The notes under the pieces were generated by a model. It was not told the DNA's origin. It saw nothing but the letters and a program-made list of their open reading frames with translations, and searched no databases. The translations under genes were made by a program, and so were the position numbers. From the NCBI GenBank assembly GCA_050331235.1, contig JBHJHA010000036.1, positions 1 through 64,000 on the forward strand: 64,000 bases of DNA, written 5' to 3'. This stretch comes from Leptolyngbyaceae cyanobacterium (GTDB taxonomy: Bacteria; Cyanobacteriota; Cyanobacteriia; Phormidesmidales; Phormidesmidaceae). Below, in pieces: positions 30,535-41,670 of the stretch (position 1 is its first letter; the number at the start of each line of letters is the position of its first letter).

Positions 30535-32802
30535 GTGACGCTGGGACGACGAGATTTTTTGCAGCGTTTGAGCGTAGCCCTCGCCGCGCTCGGCGTCACA
30601 GATGGCTGGCTGGCTGGCTGTTCTGAAGCCTACCAGCAAGCTTTAGCTGATCCCCATCGCTGTTTGGCTATGCTAGTGGGGATCAATGACTATCCGGCAA
30701 ACACTTGGCAATCGCCACCGACCATGGATAGAGGGCCTTTCTTAGAGGGGGCTTTGACTGATGTTGAGCTACAGCGCGAGTTGCTCACTAGCCGATTTGG
30801 GGTTAACTCGCGGGATATCGTCACTCTGGTTAACCAAGACGCAACAGTCAATCAGATTTTAGAGACGATTCAAGGGCATTTGGTCGACTTGGCTAAACCA
30901 GGCGATACCGTGGTCTTTCACTTTAGTGGGTTGGGTAGTCAGGCGCAGATTGTGAGCCAGCCCGATAGCGTCTATCTACCCACATTAGTAGCCGCAGATA
31001 GCCGCTTATCCGGTGATGAGGCTCCGGTGATCCAAGACCTTTTTGAAGAAAGCATCTGTCAGCTGCTGTCCAACCTTAAAGGAGTCAAGGTTCTCACGGT
31101 CATTGATGCCAGTGTGACGTCTTCGCCGGTCATGCGCCGGGGCAACTTTCGAGTGCGATCGCGCCCGACTGCTCCTATTGGCGATTGGCAGGCCCCGTTT
31201 GATCCCCGTTTATCTGAACCGACCCAAGCTTGGGAAAGCCTATCTCGTAACTGGCCAGGGATTTTGCTCCAAGCTCAGACCGCTGAGACGCTCTCATTTG
31301 AAGGCAATTGGACCGATTTTAGTGCTGGGCTATTTACCTATGCACTGACCCAGCAGATTTGGACCAGCCTGCCCAATCGACGCCAAAGATGGTTCATTCA
31401 TCATATTGACCGTAAGCTTGGGCATTGGACTGGCTCAGAACAGTCTTCTAAACTTTTGGGCCGGCAAATCAATCAACGCCAAGGTCTGCCGCTTTTATCA
31501 GGGCGCTTACCCCAACCGGCTGCTCAGGGCGTCGTCAAATCAGTAGATGCCAAAACCAAAAGCGTGCTGATTTGGCTGGGGGGTTTATCGCCAACTCTAT
31601 TGCCGTACTGCGAGCTGGGCTTGCAGCTTCAGCCATTGCCGGGGTTGCCGGGTTTGGCAACGGTGCCTGAGACACCGCTGACGGTCAAATCAGTGGCCGG
31701 ATTGCAGGCCCAAGCCACGGTCTCCAGTACAGAAAATTTGTCAGTTGGGACTCCAGTAATCGAGACAGAGCGGCGTTTGCCTAAAGAAGTGACGCTGACA
31801 GTCGCTCTTGATCCTGACCTTGAACGCATTGAGCGTGTTGATGCGACAAGTGCCCTTGCCGGGATGTCCTACATTGACACGATCGCGCGGGGAGAGCACG
31901 CTGTAGACTGCCTATTTGGTCAGAGCCGCTCTACGTTAGAGGGCAATATCCTTTTGGGAAATTCCATCTCGATCTCCTCTGGTGAGAAGCCCTCGGTGAT
32001 TGCCAATTTTGATAGCCCGCCTTTAGGGTATGGACTATTTACGCCAGATGGGGCTTTGATCTCAGGTACCGCCGCCGAGTCAGAAGAAGCGGTCAAAACT
32101 GCTGTGAGTCGATTAACTGGCACGCTGGAACGACTTCTATCGGTCAAAATGTTGCGACTGACGACCAATTCAATTTCGTCTCGGCTACCGGTCCGACTCC
32201 TCCTAGAAACTCAACAGCCGAAAAGCCCGAGGCTTCTATTAGAAGAAACCCTCCGCGCCCGACAACTCAGCGGCACAGAAGCAAGTCAAGCAGATCAGCT
32301 TAGCTACAGTCGCTTAGCGCGTGATCACGCTGAACAATACCAAATGCGCTTGGTCAATGCTGGCGCACAGCGGCTGTACTATCTATTGGTTAGTCTGGTG
32401 GAGCGGACGCGTCTGGCCGTCTATTGTCCCCCCCTAAATTTGACCGAAGGTGGGGAAAAGACGGGCCAAGCGATCGCCAGCGAAAGTGTTTTGGGCAGCG
32501 ATACAACCCTCAGGTTTCCCCAGCTTGCAGACACTTCGTTTGCGATACAACCGCTACAAGATACTGAAGTATTCGCAATCGTCCTGACTCAGCCCTTTTC
32601 GTCAACCTGGAAAGCTATCCGAACGCCAGAATTTCGCCACCAAAGCGATCGCTGGTCCACCGTACCTAAACCGCTGGCAATGACCCAAGCCCTTTACACT
32701 GATATTGACCGGGCAAGTGCTGCGCTTAGAGATGCTCCCAACTCTTTGTCTGACAATGTTTTGTCTTTCAATACCAATGCCTGGGCGACATTGTCCCTGT
32801 GA
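30535..32802 (+). CDS. Peptidase C14 (orthocaspase) family protein, probably catalytically inactive, with a Tat-like N-terminus
   Basis: GRRDFL, AMLVGINDYP and LERIERVDATSAL. The dyad positions read FSGLG (normally FSGHG) and IDAS (normally LDxC). Confidence 0.88.
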   Translation: MTLGRRDFLQRLSVALAALGVTDGWLAGCSEAYQQALADPHRCLAMLVGINDYPANTWQSPPTMDRGPFLEGALTDVELQRELLTSRFGVNSRDIVTLVNQDATVNQILETIQGHLVDLAKPGDTVVFHFSGLGSQAQIVSQPDSVYLPTLVAADSRLSGDEAPVIQDLFEESICQLLSNLKGVKVLTVIDASVTSSPVMRRGNFRVRSRPTAPIGDWQAPFDPRLSEPTQAWESLSRNWPGILLQAQTAETLSFEGNWTDFSAGLFTYALTQQIWTSLPNRRQRWFIHHIDRKLGHWTGSEQSSKLLGRQINQRQGLPLLSGRLPQPAAQGVVKSVDAKTKSVLIWLGGLSPTLLPYCELGLQLQPLPGLPGLATVPETPLTVKSVAGLQAQATVSSTENLSVGTPVIETERRLPKEVTLTVALDPDLERIERVDATSALAGMSYIDTIARGEHAVDCLFGQSRSTLEGNILLGNSISISSGEKPSVIANFDSPPLGYGLFTPDGALISGTAAESEEAVKTAVSRLTGTLERLLSVKMLRLTTNSISSRLPVRLLLETQQPKSPRLLLEETLRARQLSGTEASQADQLSYSRLARDHAEQYQMRLVNAGAQRLYYLLVSLVERTRLAVYCPPLNLTEGGEKTGQAIASESVLGSDTTLRFPQLADTSFAIQPLQDTEVFAIVLTQPFSSTWKAIRTPEFRHQSDRWSTVPKPLAMTQALYTDIDRASAALRDAPNSLSDNVLSFNTNAWATLSL

Positions 32803-33246
32803 GCGCGTCTCGTCTGATGGAGACTGTGCCGGTTGAGAAAGGGCGATCGCTAATCCTCGGCTGGCCAGTGATCGCAGTGAGATACCAAGGACCATAACGA
32901 GCCAAAGCCAGATTTAGCTACCTGCAAGCGCTGGATTGACTGGGATGAGTTCATTCCCTACCCTTTGCATAAAGGGCTGGGGCCTGCCGATTTTCTGCTC
33001 TTGGGAGACGGGCAATAAGTAGCCCGTTGAACTGGTGTGAGACTGGCGACAGAGCTCAGGATAGGCCGAGCAACAGGAAGCCGTGAATCTCTTAAACGGT
33101 TTTCAGTGGGTTCTGCCCTAAATCGGTTGTTCACTCAATAGATACTATGGCGTGGATGAATCGTTCTTAAGATGTAAGCTAAGATACGATTTCGCTATTA
33201 AACTACAGCTGTATGTCAAGTCTTGTTACCAGCAGCACTGTCCTAA

Positions 33247-33453
33247 ATGTCTAATCAAGCCCGCTTAATTGAATACCTGATTCAAGAAGTAGGGCTAACT
33301 GAGCATGCGGTTGCGCTAGCGGCTCGACAAGCAGGTACACTGCCTAACCTTCTGCCAATTGCACTTTGGAAGTATGGCTTTGTCACCGCTGACCAGCTGA
33401 ATCAAATTTTTGACTGGCTTGAGTCTTTGCAAGTGAGTTCGAATTTCACTTGA
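33247..33453 (+). CDS. DUF2949 family small protein
   Basis: LPIALWKYGFVT.DQLNQIFDWLE signature. Confidence 0.85.
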   Translation: MSNQARLIEYLIQEVGLTEHAVALAARQAGTLPNLLPIALWKYGFVTADQLNQIFDWLESLQVSSNFT

Positions 33454-34643
33454 CCACATTCGAGCTATGTTTGAGCTCTCAATATTTGTCATGTTGTGTA
33501 GCTTCAACGCATCCGACAACTATCAATGTATGTTGCGATCTCTCTGTGTTGAACCGCAGGTCGCTCATGGCGCTACTGATCAGGATTCGCTGTGCAGCAG
33601 CCACTGTGGCCCTTTCGAGCGGAGACTGTCCTCTGATATCCTCGAAAATTTGGATGACAGAGCTCATCTAATCGCGAAGTCCTTAAGACTCTCAATGTCG
33701 CCTAAATATAAACATCTATCTCTAGATGGATTTTTCGTGGAGTTCATACCTAGGTATTCCATCTTTTGCACAGTTCAAGAAGTTTGTGTAAACCCTTGTC
33801 AGCGGATGAATATCAAATCTTTTGCTGATATTTGCTGCTGAGGACTCATCAGTGCGTTGAAATAGCTTGATTACATCGATGTATGAAAAATGTTGTTTTA
33901 GCAAGGTGCTTGTATTCGTTTTAGCCTTGCTTGACATCGCTCTCTTGCTGGAATGGTCGTCCTGTCAATACTATGGTGATTTTTATCTCAACTCGATCCT
34001 TTAATTATTATTCTATGTGCAAAGCTTTCTTGATATGTGGATGAGATTTATAACAGTGCTCCGTATGAAAGAAACAGTATGACTACAGTCACTAGTCGTT
34101 ACCTTAGATTAATTGAGGCAAATAACCCGGATGATGTCCATGAAATACTCTTAAAGCTTCTATGAAGTTCTAGGTCTCTAATTGCTGGCCCATCCGTGAA
34201 TTTGTATAGTCGAAAATATCTAAAGGTAGGCTCTCTGCTTTGCGGCTTTACGCCAGTTTTTTTGCTGAGTTTGCTCTAGGATTGCATTTTCTCTAGGTGC
34301 TTCTTTTTTTGCTAATAATTTCCCGGCTGTCATTAAAGATTTGTCGAGGTTAATCGAAGAGGATTTCTATGAGTACTTTCTCTGTCGGCATTGCCTGTTG
34401 ATCTGACTTCCCAAGTAATTAATGGGAATAGTCTATAGCTTATTGTCTGTGTCGATATTTTTGTCTGGGGGATGGTGACAGGGTTTCGTCAGTTTTGAGT
34501 GAGCGTTCCTAGCTGATGTAGGTATACGCGTAGCTATCGCTCAGTTCAATGGGATTTTTCTTCCCAGATTGAGCAAGAAGTTGTTTGCCATGATGGTCAA
34601 CTGCTTGGTTTGTTAAAGCTTTGTGTGAAGGGGATCGAAAGCG

Positions 34644-36134
34644 ATGAATGCGAAGTCAACGGTTATTATTGGGGGCGGCCCCGCTGGTCTTACAGCAGGT
34701 TATGAATTGATGAAGCACGGCTTGAGGTCCGTCGTCATTGAGAAGGCCGACAAGGTTGGAGGTATTTCGCGTACTGAGACCTATAAGGGGTACCGATTTG
34801 ATATTGGTGGTCACCGCTTTTTTACTAAGGTCGGTGAGGTTCAAGCCGTTTGGAAGGAGATCTTGGGTGACGATTTTATTCAAACCCCAAGGTTATCTAG
34901 AATCTATTACGGTGGTAAATTCTATGACTACCCATTGGCACTCTTTAAGACGCTGAAGAATTTGGGGCCGATTTGCAGTGCGCAAATTTTGCTGAGCTAT
35001 CTCAAGGCCAAAGCCAAAAAAAAGCTGAATCCCGAGTTCGAGCCGCAAACTTTTGAGGAGTGGGTAACTGACTGTTTTGGTGAGCGCTTATACAAGATCT
35101 TTTTCAAGACCTACACAGAAAAGGTTTGGGGAATTCCCTGTAGCCAAATCAGGGCCGACTGGGCAGCTCAACGAATCAAGAACTTATCTTTGAAGCAGGC
35201 GGTTATCAATGCTCTGTTTGGTAATCAAAACGCCAAAAGCTTGATTAAAAAGTTTGATTATCCCCGTTTGGGGCCTGGCATGATGTGGGAAAAGTGCCAG
35301 GATATCCTAGATAAGAATGGTTCGCCTGTACATCTCAATACAGAGATTGTGCGTGTGGTGCGAGACGGTACTCGAATCGAGAAGGTGATTGCAAAGCAGG
35401 GCGATCGTACATTTGAACTCCGCGGAGACTATTTTATCAACTCGATGCCTATCACTGCGTTAGTGCGCCGTCTCGACCCTTTGCCCCCAGATCACATCCT
35501 GGAAGCTGCTAAGGGACTGAAGTATCGCGACTTCTTAATTGTCTCTTTGATTATCAATCAAGAGCATCTTTTCCCAGATAACTGGCTATATATCCATAGC
35601 CCTGAATTCAAGGTAGGTCGCATTCAGAACTTTAAAAACTGGAGTGCTGATATGGTTCCTGATACTAGCAAGACGTGCTTAGGCATGGAGTATTTTTGCA
35701 GCGAGGGCGACAGTCTTTGGGAAATGAGTAATGAGGATCTCATCCAGCTTGCTACCCAGGAGATTGTGAAGCTCAATCTGGGTGTCTGTACTGAGGATGT
35801 AGAAGATGGCTGCGTCATCCGCCAGTACAAGGCCTACCCAGTTTATGACGGTGAGTATCGTGAGCATCTGCAGGTTCTACAGGACTACGTGGAGACTTTC
35901 GACAATCTGCAAACTGTTGGCCGTAACGGTATGCATCGGTATAACAACCAAGATCATTCCATGCTGTCGGCACTTTTGGCAGCTAAGAATATTGCTGGAG
36001 AAGAGCATGACATCTGGAATATCAACGTCGAGCGTTCGTATCACGAAAACTTTACCGATGAGGAATGGTCAAAGCTCAAGAAAGCTGCCGTAAGCCCCGC
36101 AAAGGAAATGCCTTCATTGACTCAAGCCGCTTAA
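34644..36134 (+). CDS. FAD-dependent oxidoreductase (HemY-like / UDP-galactopyranose mutase-like), polysaccharide cluster
   Basis: IIGGGPAGL, FDIGGHRFF, YTEKVWG, AYPVYD and GRNGMHRYNNQDHSM. Confidence 0.88.
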   Translation: MNAKSTVIIGGGPAGLTAGYELMKHGLRSVVIEKADKVGGISRTETYKGYRFDIGGHRFFTKVGEVQAVWKEILGDDFIQTPRLSRIYYGGKFYDYPLALFKTLKNLGPICSAQILLSYLKAKAKKKLNPEFEPQTFEEWVTDCFGERLYKIFFKTYTEKVWGIPCSQIRADWAAQRIKNLSLKQAVINALFGNQNAKSLIKKFDYPRLGPGMMWEKCQDILDKNGSPVHLNTEIVRVVRDGTRIEKVIAKQGDRTFELRGDYFINSMPITALVRRLDPLPPDHILEAAKGLKYRDFLIVSLIINQEHLFPDNWLYIHSPEFKVGRIQNFKNWSADMVPDTSKTCLGMEYFCSEGDSLWEMSNEDLIQLATQEIVKLNLGVCTEDVEDGCVIRQYKAYPVYDGEYREHLQVLQDYVETFDNLQTVGRNGMHRYNNQDHSMLSALLAAKNIAGEEHDIWNINVERSYHENFTDEEWSKLKKAAVSPAKEMPSLTQAA

Positions 36135-36150
36135 TCATTGGAAGGACACC

Positions 36151-37074
36151 ATGGCAGACTCTTTGCAACCCTTAGTTTCAGTCATCATTCCTGTCTATAA
36201 TGACGCCGCACGGTTGGCTTTATGTCTAGCAGCGCTAAACAAACAAACCTATCCGCGATCGCAGACAGAAGTCATCGTGATTGATAATGGCTCAGACGAC
36301 TCAGATGTCTTGCGGCGTATTACGCAACTCCATCAACAAGTCACCCTACTCTATGAGTCCACACCGGGTTCATATATTGCACGCAACCGGGGGCTAGACA
36401 ACGCCCACGGGGAAATTATTGCCTTCACCGACGCCGACTGCATTCCTGAAGTCGACTGGCTGGAGAAAGGCGTTAGTCGACTCTGTCAGACTCCGAATTG
36501 TGGTCAGGTAATAGGCAAAGTCAGTTTATTTTTTGCCAATCCTGACCATCCGACCGCTGTGGAGCTGTATGAGAGTTTAACGGCCTTTCCTCAGGAGCGG
36601 CTTCTGCGAGAGCAACGTGGTGGGGCAACAGCGAATGTTTTCACCTGGCGACGGGTGATTGAGCAGGTCGGACCGTTTGACACTCGGCTTAAATCAAATG
36701 GTGACTTGGAATGGGGAGGACGGGTATTTGAGGCGGGCTACGAGCAGGTTTATGCCGATGAGGTAAAAGTTCTACACCCGACCCGACGCTCCTTCAAAGA
36801 GTTGAATAAGCGAACAGCTCGACTCTCTGGTGGAGTTTTTGAACGCTTCATCAAACCGGATGACTCTTTCATTCAACGACAGAAAATGTTTGCTAGGTTG
36901 CTGGTGGATGACTTGACACCACCTGTCCATTTCTTCGTCAATACTTTCCGAAATCCTCATCTGAAGCACTGGCATTACAAACTAAAAGCGGCTTTAGTCA
37001 TTGTAATGGTGCGTTATGTCAGTGCGGGCGAGAAGCTAAGAATAAAGTTTGGAGGAGCCTCTAGCCGAGGCTAA
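36151..37074 (+). CDS. Glycosyltransferase family 2
   Basis: VSVIIPVYN, VIDNGS, ARNRG and FTDADC. Confidence 0.92.
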   Translation: MADSLQPLVSVIIPVYNDAARLALCLAALNKQTYPRSQTEVIVIDNGSDDSDVLRRITQLHQQVTLLYESTPGSYIARNRGLDNAHGEIIAFTDADCIPEVDWLEKGVSRLCQTPNCGQVIGKVSLFFANPDHPTAVELYESLTAFPQERLLREQRGGATANVFTWRRVIEQVGPFDTRLKSNGDLEWGGRVFEAGYEQVYADEVKVLHPTRRSFKELNKRTARLSGGVFERFIKPDDSFIQRQKMFARLLVDDLTPPVHFFVNTFRNPHLKHWHYKLKAALVIVMVRYVSAGEKLRIKFGGASSRG

Positions 37075-37081
37075 AACTGAC

Positions 37082-38377
37082 ATGAAAATTGCTTTTATTG
37101 TTGGCCAGTTTCCAGTCCTATCCGAAACTTTTATATTGAATCAGATTGTTGGTGTTATCGAGCGAGGCCATGAAGTTGACATTTTTGCTGAGCGCTGGGG
37201 GGATGTTGAGAAAGTCCATCCTGATGTCACTAAATATAGTCTCTTAGAGCGGACTTATGTCATGCAGTCAATTCCCAATAACCCTGCATTGCGGTTGGCT
37301 GGGGGAATTGGCCTACTATTCAAAACCGCTTGGAAAGCACCAAAATTTTTTCTGAGTGCATTGAATGTATTTGAGCATGGCCTTTTAGCGGCGGGATTAT
37401 GGCTTTTTCATGCAGCGGATGCCCTGTACGATAAACCTTCTTACGATATTATCCATTGTCAATTTGGTACTCAGGGCTATCGAGGTCTATTTTTCAAGCA
37501 CTTAATTCGACCAGAACCTAAGTTGATTGTGATGTTCCGTGGACACGACATCAGTCGCGTAGTCCAAGAACGTGGTAGCCACATATATGATGATTTGTTT
37601 GAGTCAGCAGATTACTTTTTGGCAAACTGCGATTTCTTCAGAAAGCGGGTGGTTGAGCTAGGTTGCCCTAGTAATCTCATTTCTGTCCATTTATCTGGAT
37701 TAGACTGTAGAAAATTTAAGTTTACACCGCGCCAACTGGCCCCACATGAGACCATTCGAGTGGCTACAACTGGCCGGTTAGTAGAGAAGAAAGGCATCGA
37801 GTATGCTATTAGGGCAGTAGCAAAAGTACTGAAAAACTATCCCAATCTGCAGTACGACATCATTGGTGACGGCCCCCTTAGACAAAATTTTGAACATCTT
37901 ATAAAAGCACTCGGTGTCGAGGATCAGGTCAATTTGCTTGGGTGGAGAAATGAACAAGAAATTATTCAAATTCTCAATCAAGCTCATATATTTATTGCTC
38001 CAAGTGTGACAGCTGAGGATGGCAATCAGGATGCGCCCATCAATGTGTTAAAAGAGGCCATGGCCATGGGTTTGCCAGTTGTGAGTACTTTGCATGGTGG
38101 CATCCCAGAGCTTGTACAGGAAGGAAAGTCGGGCTTTCTTGTACCTGAGAGAGATACTGAAGCCCTCGCAGAGAAGCTGAAGTATTTGATTTTGCATCCT
38201 CAGAAATGGGCCGATATGGGTCGAGCTGGCCGACATTTCGTGGAAGAAAACTACGATATCCACAAACTGAATGATCGCCTCGTGCAGCTGTACCACCACC
38301 TTGAGATCAAAAACTCCTGTAAAAGTGAGTTCGAACTGACTAAAAGCAAAAACGATTCTGTTATAGAAACCTTTTAA
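37082..38377 (+). CDS. Glycosyltransferase family 4 (WcaL-like)
   Basis: FPVLSETFI, IHCQFG, GRLVEKKG and LKEAMAMGLPVVST.HGGIPELV. Confidence 0.92.
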   Translation: MKIAFIVGQFPVLSETFILNQIVGVIERGHEVDIFAERWGDVEKVHPDVTKYSLLERTYVMQSIPNNPALRLAGGIGLLFKTAWKAPKFFLSALNVFEHGLLAAGLWLFHAADALYDKPSYDIIHCQFGTQGYRGLFFKHLIRPEPKLIVMFRGHDISRVVQERGSHIYDDLFESADYFLANCDFFRKRVVELGCPSNLISVHLSGLDCRKFKFTPRQLAPHETIRVATTGRLVEKKGIEYAIRAVAKVLKNYPNLQYDIIGDGPLRQNFEHLIKALGVEDQVNLLGWRNEQEIIQILNQAHIFIAPSVTAEDGNQDAPINVLKEAMAMGLPVVSTLHGGIPELVQEGKSGFLVPERDTEALAEKLKYLILHPQKWADMGRAGRHFVEENYDIHKLNDRLVQLYHHLEIKNSCKSEFELTKSKNDSVIETF

Positions 38378-38411
38378 GTTGTTTCAGCAATATAATTGGC
38401 GAGGAATAATC

Positions 38412-39446
38412 ATGTCAAAAAATAAAATTACCATTGTAGTAGTTCCCAGGGAGCGTTTCAGCTGTACTCAGGCTTCCTTAGAGAGCATATATCAGCACAC
38501 TCAAATGCCATTTGACCTGATATATATAGATGGAAACTCTCCTCCCAAGGTGCAATCTTACTTGCAGCACGAAGCTAGCGAAAGGAAATTCTCGATTATT
38601 CGTACTGAGCATTATTTATTTCCTAATCAAGCGCGAAACATTGGCCGCGTTCATGTCAAAACTCCCTATCTTGTTTTTATTGATAATGATGTTTTGGTAA
38701 CTCCTGGATGGCTGACAGCATTACTTCAGTGTGCTGAAAAGCATCAAGCTGATGTTGTCGGACCGCTGATGTGCCATCACGAACCTTTACATGAGGAGAT
38801 TCATTTCGCAGGCGGAGAATCTCATGTCTGGGTGGATAAAACTGGGCGTAGAAGACTCAGAGAAAAAATGTACCGTCAAGGTCAAAAAGTGGAGGCTGTA
38901 AAACACTTTTTGACCACTGAAGCCACTGAGCTGGCAGAATTTCACTGTGTTTTAGTAAAGCAGTCGATTTTCGAAAAGGTGGGTGCTCTAGATGAAGAAA
39001 TGTGTAATACCAAAGAGCATTTGGATTTTTGCATGGCTGTTAGAGAACAGGGCGGAACTGTCTATTTTGCCGCTGATTCTGTTGTGACCTATGTCCCTGG
39101 TCCCCCTCTGGAGTGGGGCGATTTGCACTATTACATGCTGCGTTGGAGCGATGACTGGACGCTCAGAAGTTTGCGTCGACTGAAAGAAAAATGGAACTTG
39201 TCAGAAGATGCTTATTTCACGACTAAGTATAAGAAGCTGGGATGGCGTCGCAAAATGACAGTGATTGCTCCTGTAGTTAAACGGTTAACCTTTGGGCTGT
39301 ATAGTCCCAAATTGGAAAGGATTTTGATGTGGTTGGATCACCGAATGAATTGTTGGCTAACCAATCGTCACGCCCAGGCACAGCGACGCTATCAGACATC
39401 TACCAGTAGCCTTTCCGAAGTAGTCGCCCGGTCTAAACAGGCGTAG
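38412..39446 (+). CDS. Glycosyltransferase family 2
   Basis: IVVVPRERFS, YIDGNS, ARNIG, FIDNDV and EHLDFC. Confidence 0.88.
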   Translation: MSKNKITIVVVPRERFSCTQASLESIYQHTQMPFDLIYIDGNSPPKVQSYLQHEASERKFSIIRTEHYLFPNQARNIGRVHVKTPYLVFIDNDVLVTPGWLTALLQCAEKHQADVVGPLMCHHEPLHEEIHFAGGESHVWVDKTGRRRLREKMYRQGQKVEAVKHFLTTEATELAEFHCVLVKQSIFEKVGALDEEMCNTKEHLDFCMAVREQGGTVYFAADSVVTYVPGPPLEWGDLHYYMLRWSDDWTLRSLRRLKEKWNLSEDAYFTTKYKKLGWRRKMTVIAPVVKRLTFGLYSPKLERILMWLDHRMNCWLTNRHAQAQRRYQTSTSSLSEVVARSKQA

Positions 39447-39489
39447 CGCATGTAAGTGATATGTGGGGTTTTGTCGCGGAGTGATGATA

Positions 39490-40335
39490 ATGCCATCTGA
39501 AATTGTATATACGCCGGATAGCCTGCTACGTCGACCGCGGTTTTTGTTAAAGATGATGTGGCGCGATTTATTAGCGTCTCGTGAACTTGCCTGGCGGCTC
39601 ATGGTGCGAGACATCAGTGCCCAATATCGACAAGCCGCCTTGGGTATTGTGTGGGCATTCATTCCGCCGATCGCGATGGCGCTGGGCTTTACCCTGGCCA
39701 AAGATGCCAATGTATTCACGGTGGGCGAGACGGATATTCCGTATCCAGCCTATGTCATGTTGAATACCGCACTGTGGCAAACGTTTACCGAGGCGGCTAC
39801 CGGACCCGTGCAGGCAGTTATCCAGGCAAAGCCAATGCTAGCGCGGGTCAACTTTCCCCGCGAGGCTCTCGTGCTTGCCAAGTTGGGAGAAGTCGGATTC
39901 AACTTTGGGATCAAGCTCATCTTGATTACTGGCCTGTTTCTATATTTTCGGGTGCCGGTTAGCTGGACTATTTTGTTGACCCCAGTGGCACTGGTGCATT
40001 TGATTATGCTGGGAACCTTGGTCGGCATTCTTTTAGCGCCCATTGGTGTGCTCTATCAGGATGTTTCCAAAAGTCTAAATATGGTTATGGGATTCTGGCT
40101 GTTTCTAACGCCAGTGATTTATCCGGTGCCCACGGAGGGGCTGTTTGGCGCACTTGTGGCACTCAACCCTGTTACGCCGTTACTGGTTACCCTCCGAGAA
40201 CTCGCGACAACGGGCCTATTGTCCAATTCGACTGGCTTCTGGGTGGTAAGCGCTTTGACTTGGCTAGGTTTATTACTGACTTGGGTTGGCTTTCGTATCG
40301 CGATTCCTTACGTTGTCGAGAGGGTGACGTCCTAA
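39490..40335 (+). CDS. wzm: Polysaccharide ABC transporter permease
   Basis: RDISAQYRQAALG..W, VNFPRE, FLTPVIYP and LNPVTPL. Confidence 0.92.
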   Translation: MPSEIVYTPDSLLRRPRFLLKMMWRDLLASRELAWRLMVRDISAQYRQAALGIVWAFIPPIAMALGFTLAKDANVFTVGETDIPYPAYVMLNTALWQTFTEAATGPVQAVIQAKPMLARVNFPREALVLAKLGEVGFNFGIKLILITGLFLYFRVPVSWTILLTPVALVHLIMLGTLVGILLAPIGVLYQDVSKSLNMVMGFWLFLTPVIYPVPTEGLFGALVALNPVTPLLVTLRELATTGLLSNSTGFWVVSALTWLGLLLTWVGFRIAIPYVVERVTS

Positions 40336-41658
40336 ATGCTGACTGATAACCAACATCAAACGACTACGCATCGTTCATCAGCCGACCAGCCAGTCGTCTC
40401 CATTGAAGGTGTCTCTAAGAAATTTTGTCGCGACTTGCGACGATCGCTGTTCTACGGTGTGCAAGATATTACCGCTGATCTGACCGGCCTTAAGCGCCAC
40501 AGCGATCGCCTGCGTCCCAAGGAGTTTTGGGCACTGAGTTCTGTTAGTTTTCAGCTATATCGTGGGCAAGCGATCGGCTTAGTGGGCAGCAATGGTGCTG
40601 GTAAGAGCACCCTGCTACGGATTATTAGTGGCCTGATTAAACCTGATATTGGAACAGTCAAAATTCGCGGTCGCCTGGCACCGCTCATTGCCCTAGGAGC
40701 CGGCTTTAATCCGATTTTGACAGGGCGTGAAAATATCTACGCCAATATGTCGATTCTGGGACTGACGACGCGCCAGATTGATCAGCGGTTTCAAGACGTG
40801 GTTGATTTTGCAGAAATTGCCGACGCGATTGATGCTCCGGTCCAGACCTACAGCTCTGGGATGGCGGCTCGTTTAGGGTTTGCCTGTGCCATCTACACTG
40901 AACCCGATATTTTGCTAATTGATGAAGTGCTGGCTGTTGGAGATGCTCGCTTTAAGGCCAAATGCTATCGCCGTCTGTATGAGCTGAGGCAGAAAGGCGT
41001 GGCCTTTATTTTGGTCAATCACAATGCCCAAGCTATCTTGAATATCTGTGATACCGCTGTTTACCTCGCTAAGGGAGCTTTAGTTACGCAAGGTGAGGTT
41101 AGTCAAGTCGTTGACCGCTATGAGCATGACTTATTCCTGAGCAATGTTGAGCGCTCTGAAAATCGGTTGGTGCTGCCGCCAAAGTCGGCAGCCGAAAGTG
41201 CCGGCATTGATATCCGCGAGCTCTGTTTTCGCGATGCTCAAGGGCAAGTTACCCAAACTTTACTGACCGGTGAACCGCTCAGTCTGTGCGTCAAATGTGA
41301 AGCGCACCGCAGATATAGTGACGTCGCGTTAGACATTCGTATCGCCAAAGTGGGTGGAGTGGAGACGGCTGGGTATGTTCTATCGCTGCGCGGACAAAAC
41401 GACGAGGCCTTCTTTGAGGTCGGTAAAGGTCTGTCTGAGATACAAGTCAACTTTCCCGAACTTGGACTTGCCCCTGGAACTTATACGGCTCAGATTCGAG
41501 TGCGCAAAGATGCGATCTATACCTTCGATTTGACAGAGTCGTTTCGATTTACAGTAACTTCTCTGTTCAACATCAATAAATGTCAGTTCTACCAACCTCG
41601 GACTTGGCACATCGTGCCCGCTGCCCAGCCTTTGTCAATCGGTCAGATTCATTCCTAG
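40336..41658 (+). CDS. wzt: Polysaccharide ABC transporter ATPase with Wzt C-terminal domain
   Basis: GSNGAGKST, YSSGMAARLGF and LIDEVLAVGD, followed by a beta-rich C-terminal extension. Confidence 0.93.
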   Translation: MLTDNQHQTTTHRSSADQPVVSIEGVSKKFCRDLRRSLFYGVQDITADLTGLKRHSDRLRPKEFWALSSVSFQLYRGQAIGLVGSNGAGKSTLLRIISGLIKPDIGTVKIRGRLAPLIALGAGFNPILTGRENIYANMSILGLTTRQIDQRFQDVVDFAEIADAIDAPVQTYSSGMAARLGFACAIYTEPDILLIDEVLAVGDARFKAKCYRRLYELRQKGVAFILVNHNAQAILNICDTAVYLAKGALVTQGEVSQVVDRYEHDLFLSNVERSENRLVLPPKSAAESAGIDIRELCFRDAQGQVTQTLLTGEPLSLCVKCEAHRRYSDVALDIRIAKVGGVETAGYVLSLRGQNDEAFFEVGKGLSEIQVNFPELGLAPGTYTAQIRVRKDAIYTFDLTESFRFTVTSLFNINKCQFYQPRTWHIVPAAQPLSIGQIHS

Positions 41659-41670
41659 TGGGTATTTCAC

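Noticed and set aside
33450..34643. Short ORFs or an ncRNA in the long region upstream of the glycan operon
   Set aside because: The ORFs overlap each other and lack RBS or motif support. I recognised no riboswitch or ncRNA, so it is treated as a probable regulatory region.
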